Counted from the first letter of the stretch, positions 9,658-19,154 are shown. The stretch is 64,000 nt of DNA from an uncultured Erysipelotrichaceae bacterium (GCA_902793375.1 CADBDE010000004.1:20799-84798), one strand, 5' to 3'. Numbers and translations: made by a program. Notes: generated by a model not told the origin, from the letters alone.

Positions 9658-11970
9658 TTACTCATCATTATTGTCATTTTCCATTGCAACAAGAACTTCT
9701 CTTGGTTTTGAACCATTTTGAGGGCCAATAATTCCTCTTTCTTCTAATAAATCAATTATTCTTGCTGCTCTATTATAGCCTAGTTTAAATCTTCTTTGAA
9801 GTAAAGAAGCACTTGCCTTTCCACTAGTTATAACAAATTCAACTATTTCATCATATAATGGATCATCATATTCTTCATCAGGTGATTCAACTCTACCTCC
9901 AGCATTTCCTTGTTCTTTTGCTGCATCAAGATTAGTATATCTTTCATCATATTGTGCTTTTTGCTGTTTTACAGCATGATCAACAAGTAATTCAAGTTCT
10001 TCATCTGAAACATAAGCTCCTTGAATTCTTTCTGGTGAAGATTCTCCCATTGGTAAAAATAACATATCTCCTTTACCAATTAATTTTTCAGCTCCAACTG
10101 TATCTAGAATAGTACGTGAATCTATTCCACTTGAAACTGCAAATGAAATACGTGATGGTATGTTTGCTTTAACAACACCAGTTATAACATCAGTAGATGG
10201 TCTTTGAGTTGCTACAATTAAATGAATTCCAGCAGCACGCGCTTTTTGAGTAATTCTTAAAATAGAATCTTCTACTTCTTTTCCTGCTACTACCATCAAG
10301 TCAGCTAACTCATCTACTATAACAACTATATATGGCATTTTAGCAATTTTATCCTCATCACTTCTAACTTTATTTTCTTTTTCTACCCATTCATTATATC
10401 CAGCAATATTTCTAACATTTTTTTCTTCAAGTTCATCATATCTACGTTCCATTTCATCAACCATTTTTTGAAGTGCAACGCTTGCTTTTTTAGAATCTGT
10501 AACTACAGGCATTAATAAATGTGGTATACCATTATACATTGACAATTCAACCTTTTTAGGATCTATTAATACAAGTTTTACTTCATCTGGTTTTGCTCTC
10601 ATAAGAATTGATGCAATAATACAGTTTACACAAACTGATTTTCCTGAACCTGTTGAACCTGCAACTAATAAGTGTGGAGTTTTATCAATTTCACAAAATC
10701 TTGGCTTACCCATTATATTTTTACCTAATGCAACTAATAATTTATTATTAACCTTGTTTTGAGGTATATTTTCTAAAATTTCTTTTAATGCAACAGGTGA
10801 TACTGAATCATTTGGAATTTCTACACCAACTGTACTTTTACCAGGAATTGGTGCTTCAATTCTTACATCCTTCTTTGCAAGAGCTAAAGATATTTCTTTA
10901 TTAATACTCAATAATTTACTTAATTTTGTTCCTGTTTGAAGTTCCATTTCATATTGAGTAACAGCTGGTCCAGCATTAACTTCTACTACTTTTCCAATAA
11001 TTCCAAAATCTCTTAATGTTTTTTCAAGTATTTGAATATTTTTCTCAATTAATGCTTGATTATTTGGATTTTTCTTTTTATCGATATCCTTTAAAAGAGA
11101 TAAAGTTGGTAATTTATAGTTTGAAGATATAACTGGCTTCTTTGGTTCTTCAACATATTCATCAGTTAAAAGAGATTCAATATTCTCTTCTTTTGCTTCT
11201 TTATCCATTCTTTTCAATTCATCAATACTAGATATGACAAGTTTTGGCTCTTCCATTTCTTGCTCTTTGTTTTCTTTTGGAGCGTTATTATCATTAATAA
11301 TAACAACGGAATTATCATCTTCCTCTGCCTCAATCTTGGATGTTTTTCCCTTTTTATTTTCTTTTTGTCTTGTAATTAAATCCTTTCCTTTTTCAGTCGC
11401 ATGATTTAAGAAATCTCTAATAGAGAATCCAGTAAACAAACAAGCTCCAATAATGATTAAAATTATAGAAATTATCTTTGTTCCTGAAATCGCAAATAAA
11501 GATTTGAATAAAATTGCAAATGAACAACCAATTAATCCTCCACCAGGAGATGAAAAATCCATTCCTTTTTGGATTAAATCAAAAGTATTTGATAAATCTT
11601 TAAATGTTTCTTCATATACTTTCATGAAGTCTCCTGTTATTTCAGTAATATAATTCATATGTGCAAATACTAAAATTCCGATAGAAACAAAGAACAAACC
11701 AATAAATTTTGTAGACCAAAAAGATGGTTTTTCTCCCTTAAATAACATATAAATTCCAACTAGTATTCCAACTATAAGAAATAACCAATCAAGAGAACCA
11801 AACAAAAAAACAGCTAAGCCTCTAAAAATTTTTCCAACTATTCCAAGTGGTTTACCAGGTCCAATTGCTAGCATTGATAAAAGAATTAAAACTAATCCAA
11901 TAATCCATGGTTTTGTTTCAAAACTCTTTGACTTTTTTCTTCTTCTTTTACTTTTTCCCAAGTTTATCAC
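9658..11970 (-). CDS. ftsK: DNA translocase FtsK/SpoIIIE
   Basis: N-terminal transmembrane segments, a linker, then a motor domain with Walker A LVAGSTGSGKSVCVN and Walker B IVVIVDELADLM. The C-terminal gamma domain reads SASLLQRRFKLGYNRAARIIDLLEERGIIG. Confidence 0.9.
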   Translation of the reverse strand: MINLGKSKRRRKKSKSFETKPWIIGLVLILLSMLAIGPGKPLGIVGKIFRGLAVFLFGSLDWLFLIVGILVGIYMLFKGEKPSFWSTKFIGLFFVSIGILVFAHMNYITEITGDFMKVYEETFKDLSNTFDLIQKGMDFSSPGGGLIGCSFAILFKSLFAISGTKIISIILIIIGACLFTGFSIRDFLNHATEKGKDLITRQKENKKGKTSKIEAEEDDNSVVIINDNNAPKENKEQEMEEPKLVISSIDELKRMDKEAKEENIESLLTDEYVEEPKKPVISSNYKLPTLSLLKDIDKKKNPNNQALIEKNIQILEKTLRDFGIIGKVVEVNAGPAVTQYEMELQTGTKLSKLLSINKEISLALAKKDVRIEAPIPGKSTVGVEIPNDSVSPVALKEILENIPQNKVNNKLLVALGKNIMGKPRFCEIDKTPHLLVAGSTGSGKSVCVNCIIASILMRAKPDEVKLVLIDPKKVELSMYNGIPHLLMPVVTDSKKASVALQKMVDEMERRYDELEEKNVRNIAGYNEWVEKENKVRSDEDKIAKMPYIVVIVDELADLMVVAGKEVEDSILRITQKARAAGIHLIVATQRPSTDVITGVVKANIPSRISFAVSSGIDSRTILDTVGAEKLIGKGDMLFLPMGESSPERIQGAYVSDEELELLVDHAVKQQKAQYDERYTNLDAAKEQGNAGGRVESPDEEYDDPLYDEIVEFVITSGKASASLLQRRFKLGYNRAARIIDLLEERGIIGPQNGSKPREVLVAMENDNNDE

Positions 11971-12054
11971 TCCACTCTATGTTTTAATTATAACACATAA
12001 ATACTTTTATACTAATAATTGACTAACCATTTAACACTTTTTTACATTTATTTA

Positions 12055-12083
12055 ACAAAAAAAAGGATTGAAATACAATCCTT
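12055..12083 (-). terminator. Rho-independent terminator downstream of ftsZ
   Basis: On the minus strand, an 8-bp stem AAGGATTG/CAATCCTT with a 5-nt loop is followed by a T8 run, 11 nt after the ftsZ stop. Confidence 0.5.
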
Positions 12084-12093
12084 AAATAACATA

Positions 12094-13233
12094 CTAAAAA
12101 TTAGGTCTTAAATATGGTGGAATATCATACATATCGTCACCATCATCAGAGTCATTATCTAATTTTTCAATTTTTTGAGGTGTTGGCTCAATAACTTCAC
12201 TTCTTACTCTTCTTGTTGGTTGTGAAACTTCTGGTTGTGGAGGAATTACACTAGGTCTTTCAACTCTTTTTGGAACTTCCTTTTCCTTATTATGTTTATC
12301 AAAACCAGTAGCAATAACTGTTACAATTACTTCATCAGTTAAATTTTCATTAATAACTGATCCAAAAATTGTATTAATATCTGTATTTGCTGCTGCTCTA
12401 ACAACTTCTGCTGCTTGTTCTGCCTCAAATAGTGTTAAATTCATTCCACCAGTTATATTGATTATTGCATCAGTAGCTCCAGAAATTGATGTTTCAAGAA
12501 GTGGAGATGACACTGCTTGTTTAGCAGCTTCAATAGCTCTTTCCTCTCCCATACCAATACCAATACCGATAATAGCATTTCCTGATTTTTCCATAACTGC
12601 TTTAACATCTGCAAAGTCTAGGTTAACAAGTCCAACTACAGCAATTAAATCTGTAATTGACTGAACACCACGACGAAGCACATTATCTACTTCTTTAAAC
12701 GCTTCAAGCATTGGTGTAGTTTTATCAATTATTTCTCTTAATCTATCATTTGGAATAACAATTAATGTATCAACATGCTTCTTTAGTTCATCAATAGATT
12801 CCATTGCATTTTGCATTCTTCTTTTACCTTCAAAAGTAAAAGGTTTAGTAACAATTGCAACAGTAAGTGCACCTAGTTCTTGAGAAATTTCTGCAACTAT
12901 TGGAGCAGCACCAGAACCAGTTCCACCACCCATTCCACATGTGATAAAAACCATATCTGCACCTTTTAGTGCATCTTCTATTTCTTTTTTTGCCTCAAGT
13001 GCAGCTTCCTTACCTATTTCTGGTTTAGCTCCAGCACCCAATCCAGATTTTCCTAACTGGATTTTTTTATCTGCTTTAGAAGTATTCAATACTTGTAAAT
13101 CTGTATTTGCGGCAATGAATTCAACACCTTTAACACCAGTTTCAACCATGCTGTTAATGGCATTTCCACCGCCACCTCCAATACCAATTACCTTAATTTT
13201 AGCTAATTGGTCCATTTCTAATCCACCAAACAT
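12094..13233 (-). CDS. ftsZ: cell division GTPase FtsZ
   Basis: Contains the tubulin signature [11 protein letters not shown] and the T7 region [16 protein letters not shown]. The C-terminal tail is variable. Confidence 0.95.
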   Translation of the reverse strand: MFGGLEMDQLAKIKVIGIGGGGGNAINSMVETGVKGVEFIAANTDLQVLNTSKADKKIQLGKSGLGAGAKPEIGKEAALEAKKEIEDALKGADMVFITCGMGGGTGSGAAPIVAEISQELGALTVAIVTKPFTFEGKRRMQNAMESIDELKKHVDTLIVIPNDRLREIIDKTTPMLEAFKEVDNVLRRGVQSITDLIAVVGLVNLDFADVKAVMEKSGNAIIGIGIGMGEERAIEAAKQAVSSPLLETSISGATDAIINITGGMNLTLFEAEQAAEVVRAAANTDINTIFGSVINENLTDEVIVTVIATGFDKHNKEKEVPKRVERPSVIPPQPEVSQPTRRVRSEVIEPTPQKIEKLDNDSDDGDDMYDIPPYLRPNF

Positions 13234-13252
13234 TTATTTCCCTCCTTGCTTA

Positions 13253-14494
13253 TCAGGAAAAATAACCAAATATTTTACTGATAAATGTATCTTCTGTTAA
13301 GTCTAACATACTTTGCTTGTTTTCTTCTATTTCTTTTATTTTATCTTCATTTATTAGAGATATATTTTTTCCTCTTAGTTTCATTTTTTCATGAAAGTAC
13401 TTAATAATTCCTATTGCACTAGAATATTTGTTACTTCTTATACCCATAGTTTGAATATTTAATACACTTCCATCAAGTCCAAATACATCTTCTACGATAT
13501 TTCCAAAACCATTTAATTCCGAAATACCACCTGTAACAATTATATAACTAATTTTTCTATTTGTTAAGTCATTTATTTCTTTTTTAGCAAGTTTTAATAG
13601 TTCTGCTATTCTTGCTTCTACTACTTCTGTAATCTCATATTGATTGATTGTTTTCTTTTCGTTTTCATCAGTTTCATATTCAAGAACTTCATTTACATCA
13701 GCATATTTAACACATGCCTGGGCAAATTTTTCTTTTAATTCACGAGAAGTATTCGTATCAGTTCCAAATATATATGTAATATCATTATCTACATTTCTAC
13801 TTCCTAAATTAAATATTTTATTTTTTATCAAAATACCCTTATTAAATATAGAAACATCAGTTTTATCATTTCCTATATTTATTATTGCACCTATAGTTTC
13901 TTCAGTCTTTTTATTCTTTGCTTCATAATAATCACTTATACAATTAAAAGTAATATCTTCAACTTCAATATTAGCTTCACCAAAAATACTCAAATAATCG
14001 TATATTTGTTTTTTAGGTGCTGTTGCTAGTAATGCTTTTACAGTTAATTTATTTGATGCTATTCCAACAGGATCTTTAGTATATTTATCACCATCAGTAT
14101 TAAACATTATTGGGACAATAGAAACAAGTATATCCTCTTCACTAATTTGATTTTCTGATGCTGTTTGTAATACTGAAACAATGTCCTTCCCTGAAATAGC
14201 ACCATTAGTATCTATAGTACCAGATACTACTTTTATAACTCTATTATTAGAAGGCACTGTAACAAGTGCTTTATTAATTCTTATTCCTAATACTTTTTCA
14301 ATCTCATATATTGATTGATTCAAAGATCTTAATGCCATTTCATGATCAACAATAAGTCCTTTTTTTATCCCAAGTGATTTTACTGAAGAAGATGCTAAAA
14401 CTTGAAATTTACTCTCTACAAGTTCAGCAACAACTATTTTTATATTATCACTTCCAAGATCAATACCTGTATAAATATTTCTCATTTTATGCAC
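13253..14494 (-). CDS. ftsA: cell division protein FtsA
   Basis: The actin-like N-terminus [18 protein letters not shown] and the C-terminal [13 protein letters not shown], placed immediately upstream of ftsZ. Confidence 0.9.
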   Translation of the reverse strand: MHKMRNIYTGIDLGSDNIKIVVAELVESKFQVLASSSVKSLGIKKGLIVDHEMALRSLNQSIYEIEKVLGIRINKALVTVPSNNRVIKVVSGTIDTNGAISGKDIVSVLQTASENQISEEDILVSIVPIMFNTDGDKYTKDPVGIASNKLTVKALLATAPKKQIYDYLSIFGEANIEVEDITFNCISDYYEAKNKKTEETIGAIINIGNDKTDVSIFNKGILIKNKIFNLGSRNVDNDITYIFGTDTNTSRELKEKFAQACVKYADVNEVLEYETDENEKKTINQYEITEVVEARIAELLKLAKKEINDLTNRKISYIIVTGGISELNGFGNIVEDVFGLDGSVLNIQTMGIRSNKYSSAIGIIKYFHEKMKLRGKNISLINEDKIKEIEENKQSMLDLTEDTFISKIFGYFS

Positions 14495-14510
14495 CCACTA
14501 TCCTAAATTT

Positions 14511-14539
14511 ATTATACTAGCAAAAAAAAGGAAATACAA
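14511..14539 (-). promoter_or_regulatory. candidate sigma-A promoter for ftsA (-35 TTGTAT, 17-nt spacer, -10 TATAAT)
   Basis: The minus strand reads TTGTAT-(17 nt)-TATAAT, ending about 17 nt upstream of the ftsA ATG. Confidence 0.4.
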
Positions 14540-14540
14540 G

Positions 14541-14575
14541 TTTATTTAAAACAAAAAAGAGCTTTCGCTCTTTAT
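14541..14575 (-). terminator. Rho-independent terminator ending the bacteriocin-like operon
   Basis: The minus strand reads AAAGAGC-GAAA-GCTCTTT followed by TTTGTTTT. It overlaps the stop codon of the 51-aa ORF. Confidence 0.5.
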
Positions 14576-14727
14576 AAATAAACTACAATGGTATATAAGT
14601 TTCTTAAAAAAGTTCCTAAATAAGTTCCTAAATTGAAAATACATATCGCTAAAATATTCAAAACATAAAGAATTATTGGAGAAATAAGTATTTTAAGTAT
14701 CGTCTTCTTATTATCTAAGACATACAT
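14572..14727 (-). CDS. 51-aa hydrophobic membrane peptide, candidate bacteriocin immunity protein (absent from ORF track)
   Basis: My translation is MYVLDNKKTILKILISPIILYVLNILAICIFNLGTYLGTFLRNLYTIVVYL. Its ATG overlaps the TAA stop of the upstream precursor peptide as TAATG (plus strand catta, 14725-14729). The ORF ends inside the terminator stem. Confidence 0.45.
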   Translation of the reverse strand: MYVLDNKKTILKILISPIILYVLNILAICIFNLGTYLGTFLRNLYTIVVYL

Positions 14728-14924
14728 TACTTTATTTCGCACAATTTATCTTCCTTTATTCTTCTAAATGAATTTCCTAAACTTCTTCCAAAATCATATA
14801 CTGTTTTTATGGCATCAGTAAAAGCATTTATTATAGTTCCTGTTATAGATATTCCACCATCTATTTCTCTTAGTTCATTTCTATTAATTTTATTCATTAC
14901 ATTTTTTTGGTCTAACATATCCAT
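14727..14924 (-). CDS. double-glycine-leader peptide 1 (bacteriocin-like precursor)
   Basis: The leader MDMLDQKNVMNKINRNELREIDGG fits the consensus ending EL..I.GG. The 41-aa core is ISITGTIINAFTDAIKTVYDFGRSLGNSFRRIKEDKLCEIK. An AGGAG ribosome-binding site lies 6 nt before the ATG at 14922-14924. The track's first codon at 14927 is TTG. Confidence 0.65.
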   Translation of the reverse strand: MDMLDQKNVMNKINRNELREIDGGISITGTIINAFTDAIKTVYDFGRSLGNSFRRIKEDKLCEIK

Positions 14925-15033
14925 CAATTACTCCTATTAAAAATACTGCTCCTGCAACTATTCCTGCCACTCCAAGCAAGCTTATTCCACCACCATCTAT
15001 TTTTTTTAATTCATCTTTGCTTATTTCTTTAAT
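14890..15033 (-). CDS. double-glycine-leader peptide 2 (bacteriocin-like precursor, no canonical start codon; absent from ORF track)
   Basis: My translation is (I)KEISKDELKKIDGG followed by GISLLGVAGIVAGAVFLIGVIDGYVRPKKCNE, ending in a TAA stop. The core is glycine-rich with GxxxG motifs. The frame opens directly after the TGA stop of the accessory gene (CAT ATT AAA...), so the only possible start is ATT at 15031-15033, preceded by AAAGGGGGAA. It overlaps peptide 1 by 35 nt. Confidence 0.45.
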   Translation of the reverse strand: MKEISKDELKKIDGGGISLLGVAGIVAGAVFLIGVIDGYVRPKKCNE

Positions 15034-15036
15034 ATG

Positions 15037-15462
15037 TCATTCCCCCTTTGCTATTTTAATTAAATATTCAAAGAATGTTGTTTTATTAGTAATTATTTTC
15101 ATATTAATAATATTGTTATTTATAAATAAATGCTTTGGAATTTTATCAAATTCTAATATTACTTCATTAAATGAAGAATTTATATCTTCTAATTCATTTA
15201 TTTTTAAAACTTTATAAGTAAATATGTTCCTTTCTATCATTGTTTTATTATTATCAATAATATTATTTAATTCTTCTTTATTGACAATTAAAGATACATT
15301 GTCATCAATTACTATTCCACTACAAATATAATAATCTTCCAATTTATTATAAAAAAATGAAATTACTAACATTATGATTATAAAAATAGATACCACTATT
15401 ATGTAAGGTCTTAAATTTATATCACGTATTTGAAAGTTTTTTTGAAATATTTCTATATTCAT
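15037..15462 (-). CDS. bacteriocin-export accessory protein (small, single transmembrane helix)
   Basis: About 141 aa with one transmembrane helix (PYIIVVSIFIIIMLVISFFY), placed between the C39 ABC transporter and the peptides. I chose the ATG at 15462 because of a GGAGGAG ribosome-binding site, although the spacing is short. The track's start at 15525 is TTG. The gene overlaps the ABC transporter's 3' end by 41 nt. Confidence 0.45.
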   Translation of the reverse strand: MNIEIFQKNFQIRDINLRPYIIVVSIFIIIMLVISFFYNKLEDYYICSGIVIDDNVSLIVNKEELNNIIDNNKTMIERNIFTYKVLKINELEDINSSFNEVILEFDKIPKHLFINNNIINMKIITNKTTFFEYLIKIAKGE

Positions 15463-17521
15463 ACTCCTCCAAATTATAAATTTTATCATATAAATCACTA
15501 TTATCAAATCTATGGGATATGACAATTATTGTCTTATCCTTATATTTTTCAAAAATGTTCTTTAGTATTACTCTTTCTTTTTCAATATTTATCTGACTAA
15601 ATGTTTCATCAAGTATGTATATGCTACTATTTTTTAAAAATGATCTAGCAAGAATAATTCTTTGCCTTTCACCTCCACTTATATTACTAGCATTTTCTTC
15701 AAGTAGCATATTATATCCATTCTTATTATTTTTGATTATTTCATCTATTAACATACATTTACAAATACTTGCTATTTTATTAATGTCACGTGTTTTTCGT
15801 AAATTAATATTTTCTAGTACTGTATTATTAAAAACATATTCATCTTGTGAAACATAAGTAATTTGTTCTCTTAGGTTCCATAAATTTATGTCATTTATAT
15901 CAGTTTGTCCAATAAATACTTTGTTTCTTTTTGTTTGTAAATAACCAGCTATAATTTTAGCGAATGTACTTTTTCCACATCCTGAATTTCCAGTAATCAA
16001 CACTTTATCTCCTTCCGTTATAGTCAAACTTAAATTGTTTATTACATAATTATCATTATACTTAAAGGATAAATCTTTAATAATAATATTTCCTTTTATA
16101 TTTTTTATTGGATTAATATCCAAAAACAGTTTTTCTTCTTTTATGTTTAATAATTCATTTATTCTTTCAATAATAATCTTTGTTTTCTTATATAATATAT
16201 CAAAATTTAAAATGTTTTTTAAAGAAGATATATTATAAAAAATAATTGCATTAAATGAAATTAAACTAGATAGTTTCATTTTTTCATTAATTACCAAACT
16301 TCCTCCAATAGTAAAAATAATTAATGAAATAATGCTTGTTGTCAAATTGTCTACTGTTCTTTTATTATTTAGTTTCTTTGTAAAATTGTAACTTATATTT
16401 AGATAATTATTATAAACAAACGAAAATTCTTCTTTAACTTTTCCCAGAATATTAAGTCCTTTTATTGTGTTTATTCCACTTATTAATTCAATAATTAATG
16501 AATTAATTTTTGAATTTTTTTCTTTTAGTTCTTTAATATCATAATAAATAATTCTATTAAATATTATTGTAAATATTGAATATAGAAATAGAATTAATAA
16601 TGATATAACAAATAGTGTTTTACTAATGGATAATAGTGCTATAACTGTTACAATTGTAATCATTAAATCGACAAATATTGTTAATATAAAATCACTCAAG
16701 ATTTCCTTTAATTCATCTAAATCTGATACTCTTGATAATACCTCACCAGTGGTTCTATTTTTAAAATATAAATGAGGAAGTGAAAGAATATGGTTAATTG
16801 AATCATTTATCAAAATATAATTCATTTTGTGTGTTAGAAATAATAATACCTTTTCTCTACTATATTCTAAATAATTTTTTAGAAAATATATAAACAAAAA
16901 TAAGAAAGAAATAAAATAAATATTATTAATTGATTTTATAGAAAGAGCCTTATCAATTATGATTTGAAAATTGAAAGAGATTAGAAGATTAGTTATTGTA
17001 AAAACTAATGAGAACAAAAGTAGCATGATTATTATATTTTTATTATTTAAAATGAATTCAATTATTTTTCTTTTTATAGTATTTTCATCTTTCATAATTG
17101 GAATCGATTTGTTGGGAATAAATAATAAATAATTATTTGTTGAAATTGACTTAAACTTATCAATATCAAGCTTTATTATCCCTCTTGAAGGATCTGCTAT
17201 AGTAATATAATTATTTTTTCTATCTATTTTGTGAATAACAATAAAATGCTTATACTTTTTATCAATTATCACATGTGCTATACAAGGAAGATATTTGTCA
17301 TCAAGTTTTAAAATATCTCCTTTTACACCTTCAGTGTAAAAACCAAGTTTTTTTCCTGCGTCTAATAGTGATAAAGCATTAACACCATCAAAATTAGTAT
17401 TAGTTATATTTCTTAAATACTCTTTAGAAACCACTCCTCCGTATGATTTTATAATCGTAAGTAAAGAACATATACCGCAATCTTTTGGTCCATCTTGTAA
17501 AACACATTCATATTTTTTCAT
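15422..17521 (-). CDS. peptidase-C39-domain ABC transporter (bacteriocin/peptide processing and export, LagD/ComA type)
   Basis: The N-terminal C39 domain carries the catalytic cysteine in QDGPKDCGICSL. Six transmembrane helices follow, then Walker A GNSGCGKST, the ABC signature LSGGERQRI and Walker B IYILDE. Confidence 0.85.
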   Translation of the reverse strand: MKKYECVLQDGPKDCGICSLLTIIKSYGGVVSKEYLRNITNTNFDGVNALSLLDAGKKLGFYTEGVKGDILKLDDKYLPCIAHVIIDKKYKHFIVIHKIDRKNNYITIADPSRGIIKLDIDKFKSISTNNYLLFIPNKSIPIMKDENTIKRKIIEFILNNKNIIIMLLLFSLVFTITNLLISFNFQIIIDKALSIKSINNIYFISFLFLFIYFLKNYLEYSREKVLLFLTHKMNYILINDSINHILSLPHLYFKNRTTGEVLSRVSDLDELKEILSDFILTIFVDLMITIVTVIALLSISKTLFVISLLILFLYSIFTIIFNRIIYYDIKELKEKNSKINSLIIELISGINTIKGLNILGKVKEEFSFVYNNYLNISYNFTKKLNNKRTVDNLTTSIISLIIFTIGGSLVINEKMKLSSLISFNAIIFYNISSLKNILNFDILYKKTKIIIERINELLNIKEEKLFLDINPIKNIKGNIIIKDLSFKYNDNYVINNLSLTITEGDKVLITGNSGCGKSTFAKIIAGYLQTKRNKVFIGQTDINDINLWNLREQITYVSQDEYVFNNTVLENINLRKTRDINKIASICKCMLIDEIIKNNKNGYNMLLEENASNISGGERQRIILARSFLKNSSIYILDETFSQINIEKERVILKNIFEKYKDKTIIVISHRFDNSDLYDKIYNLEEYEYRNISKKLSNT

Positions 17522-17626
17522 CTTTCACCTCCTCAATTAGATTATTATTCTTTTCTTATCAAATTTCCCCAATTTTTTGAATATTTTTTTATTTTTTTAT
17601 GTTATAGTATTATTCGAGGTGTAAAT

Positions 17627-18307
17627 ATGAAGTGCCCAAAATGTAATAAAGTAATTAAAAAAACTGATAAAAATTGTAGATTTTGTGGAGTAGAATTTGA
17701 GAATAATAAAGAAAAGACTATCATAAAAACACAAATAATATACAAAACTATTGAAAATAAAGCTAATAAGTGGTTAATTCTTATTATTGGAGTTCTATCA
17801 TTTTTAATTATTTTAGAATCATCATTTATGATATGGTACTTTTTTATTAATAAACCTATAATAGATAATAAAAAAATAATTGAAGATTATAATTATAAAG
17901 AAATTCTTCCATATGAAATATATAATACTAATGAACAATTTGAATTTGATAATTTAAAAATATCAATTTTAGATAAATTTGAGATATTTAAACTTGATAA
18001 TACATATTCTATTTATAATGGAAAAAACATCATTAAAATCCCAATTAGTATTACAAATATAAGTGATACAAATCATGGATTAAACTTATTCTATTATGAT
18101 ATTTTTGATGATACAGGAAATAGTATTGATGAGGTTGCTGGTTATTATGAAGAATCATTGTACTATGCCGAAGATTTAAAAAAGGATTCATCATATACCA
18201 AATACATCTATGCATTATACTTTGGAAATGATTCTTATATAATTAGATTAAAGAACAAAGAAAAAGAAATATTTGTTAAATATAATATAAAAAACTTGAC
18301 TAACTAA
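17627..18307 (+). CDS. zinc-ribbon membrane protein with an extracellular domain
   Basis: N-terminal CPKCN...CRFCG zinc ribbon, one transmembrane helix (WLILIIGVLSFLIILESSFMIWYFF), then a beta-rich extracytoplasmic domain. Confidence 0.45.
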   Translation: MKCPKCNKVIKKTDKNCRFCGVEFENNKEKTIIKTQIIYKTIENKANKWLILIIGVLSFLIILESSFMIWYFFINKPIIDNKKIIEDYNYKEILPYEIYNTNEQFEFDNLKISILDKFEIFKLDNTYSIYNGKNIIKIPISITNISDTNHGLNLFYYDIFDDTGNSIDEVAGYYEESLYYAEDLKKDSSYTKYIYALYFGNDSYIIRLKNKEKEIFVKYNIKNLTN

Positions 18308-18356
18308 AATACTTTAAATATAATATTCTATTGTATTATTCAAGGGGGATAATGAA

Positions 18357-18818
18357 ATGTATACAAAAGAAAAACTAGAATCAAAAGAAAGTTTAAGACT
18401 ATATAGATATATTGGTAATTATGGATTAAAAACTTTAATAAAAATTGAAGAAACTCTTGCAAAAAGCAGTGTTAATAGAGATTTAAATATAAATCTTAAT
18501 AAAGAATCATTTGTTACTAGAGATAATTCAATGCATTATACAAATACTGTTTATCTAAACAATGATGGAACATATTTAATTTCCAACATAACAAAAACTA
18601 AGGGAATAAATCTATTAGATATTTCTTTAGAACTTGGAAAAGAAGGATATGATTATTCTACAGGAGAAAGATATCAAAGAAGACAAGCAAAAGTAGAATA
18701 TATTTATGAAAATGATAAAATTGAATTAAAAAATATTGAAGATGAATTATTCTATAATGAATTAGAAGAAAAAAAGAAGAATGAAATAAACAAAAGAGTT
18801 ATTTCTTTAAAAAAATAA
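18357..18818 (+). CDS. hypothetical protein (153 aa)
   Basis: Intact ORF with a GGGG ribosome-binding site, followed by a strong terminator. No motif recognised. Confidence 0.4.
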   Translation: MYTKEKLESKESLRLYRYIGNYGLKTLIKIEETLAKSSVNRDLNINLNKESFVTRDNSMHYTNTVYLNNDGTYLISNITKTKGINLLDISLELGKEGYDYSTGERYQRRQAKVEYIYENDKIELKNIEDELFYNELEEKKKNEINKRVISLKK

Positions 18819-18821
18819 AAC

Positions 18822-18868
18822 AAGTTATGAGGTTAGACCTACTTAGGAAACTCATAACTTATTTTTTT
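18822..18868 (+). terminator. Rho-independent terminator
   Basis: A 10-bp stem aagttatgag/ctcataactt followed by a T7 run, directly after the stop of the 153-aa ORF. Confidence 0.55.
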
Positions 18869-18929
18869 ATATTCAAAGTATATTATGTATAATAAAAAAA
18901 CTAGCCTTTCGACTAGTTATATATCTATA

Positions 18930-19003
18930 TGGAGCGGACAAGGGGAATCGGACCCCCACACTAACCTTGGCAAGGTCATATTCTACCATTAAATCATGTC
19001 CGC
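18930..19003 (-). tRNA. tRNA-Gly (GCC)
   Basis: The minus strand reads GCGGACATGATTTAATGGTAGAATATGACCTTGCCAAGGTTAGTGTGGGGGTCCGATTCCCCTTGTCCGCTCCA. It has a 7-bp acceptor stem, anticodon loop TTGCCAA, a T-loop GGTCCGATTCC and a CCA end. Confidence 0.85.
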
Positions 19004-19012
19004 AAAAAAAAA

Positions 19013-19086
19013 TGGAGGGCCTAGTCGGATTTGAACCAACGCTCGGGGAGTTGCAGTCCCATGCCTTACCACTTGGCTATAGACCC
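19013..19086 (-). tRNA. tRNA-Cys (GCA)
   Basis: The minus strand reads GGGTCTATAGCCAAGTGGTAAGGCATGGGACTGCAACTCCCCGAGCGTTGGTTCAAATCCGACTAGGCCCTCCA. The anticodon loop is CTGCAAC, there is a TTCAAAT T-loop, and the acceptor stem pairs. Confidence 0.85.
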
Positions 19087-19100
19087 ATCGCTACTAATAA

Positions 19101-19128
19101 TTTTATAATACATTTATATTTATGTCAA
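19101..19128 (-). promoter_or_regulatory. candidate sigma-A promoter for the tRNA-Cys/tRNA-Gly pair (-35 TTGACA, 16-nt spacer, -10 TATAAA)
   Basis: The minus strand reads TTGACA (plus 19123-19128), a 16-nt spacer, then TATAAA (plus 19101-19106), about 15 nt upstream of the tRNA-Cys 5' end. Confidence 0.4.
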
Positions 19129-19154
19129 TAAAATATATGCATAAAAAAAGAGGA

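Noticed and set aside
12458-13300. Plus-strand ORFs 12458-12664 and 12941-13300 (A/S/P/I-rich)
   Set aside because: They are antisense to ftsZ, the most confidently identified gene in the window.
15017-15217. Plus-strand 66-aa ORF overlapping the accessory gene and the peptide-2 region
   Set aside because: It is antisense to the coupled bacteriocin operon genes. The minus-strand reading gives canonical GG-leader peptides instead.
15463-15525. Longer N-terminus for the accessory protein (track start at 15525) and for peptide 1 (track start at 14927)
   Set aside because: Both first codons are TTG and lack Shine-Dalgarno support. Internal ATGs at 15462 and 14924 are preceded by GGAGG and AGGAG, so they are preferred, although the accessory gene's SD spacing of 3 nt is short. 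The true starts remain uncertain.
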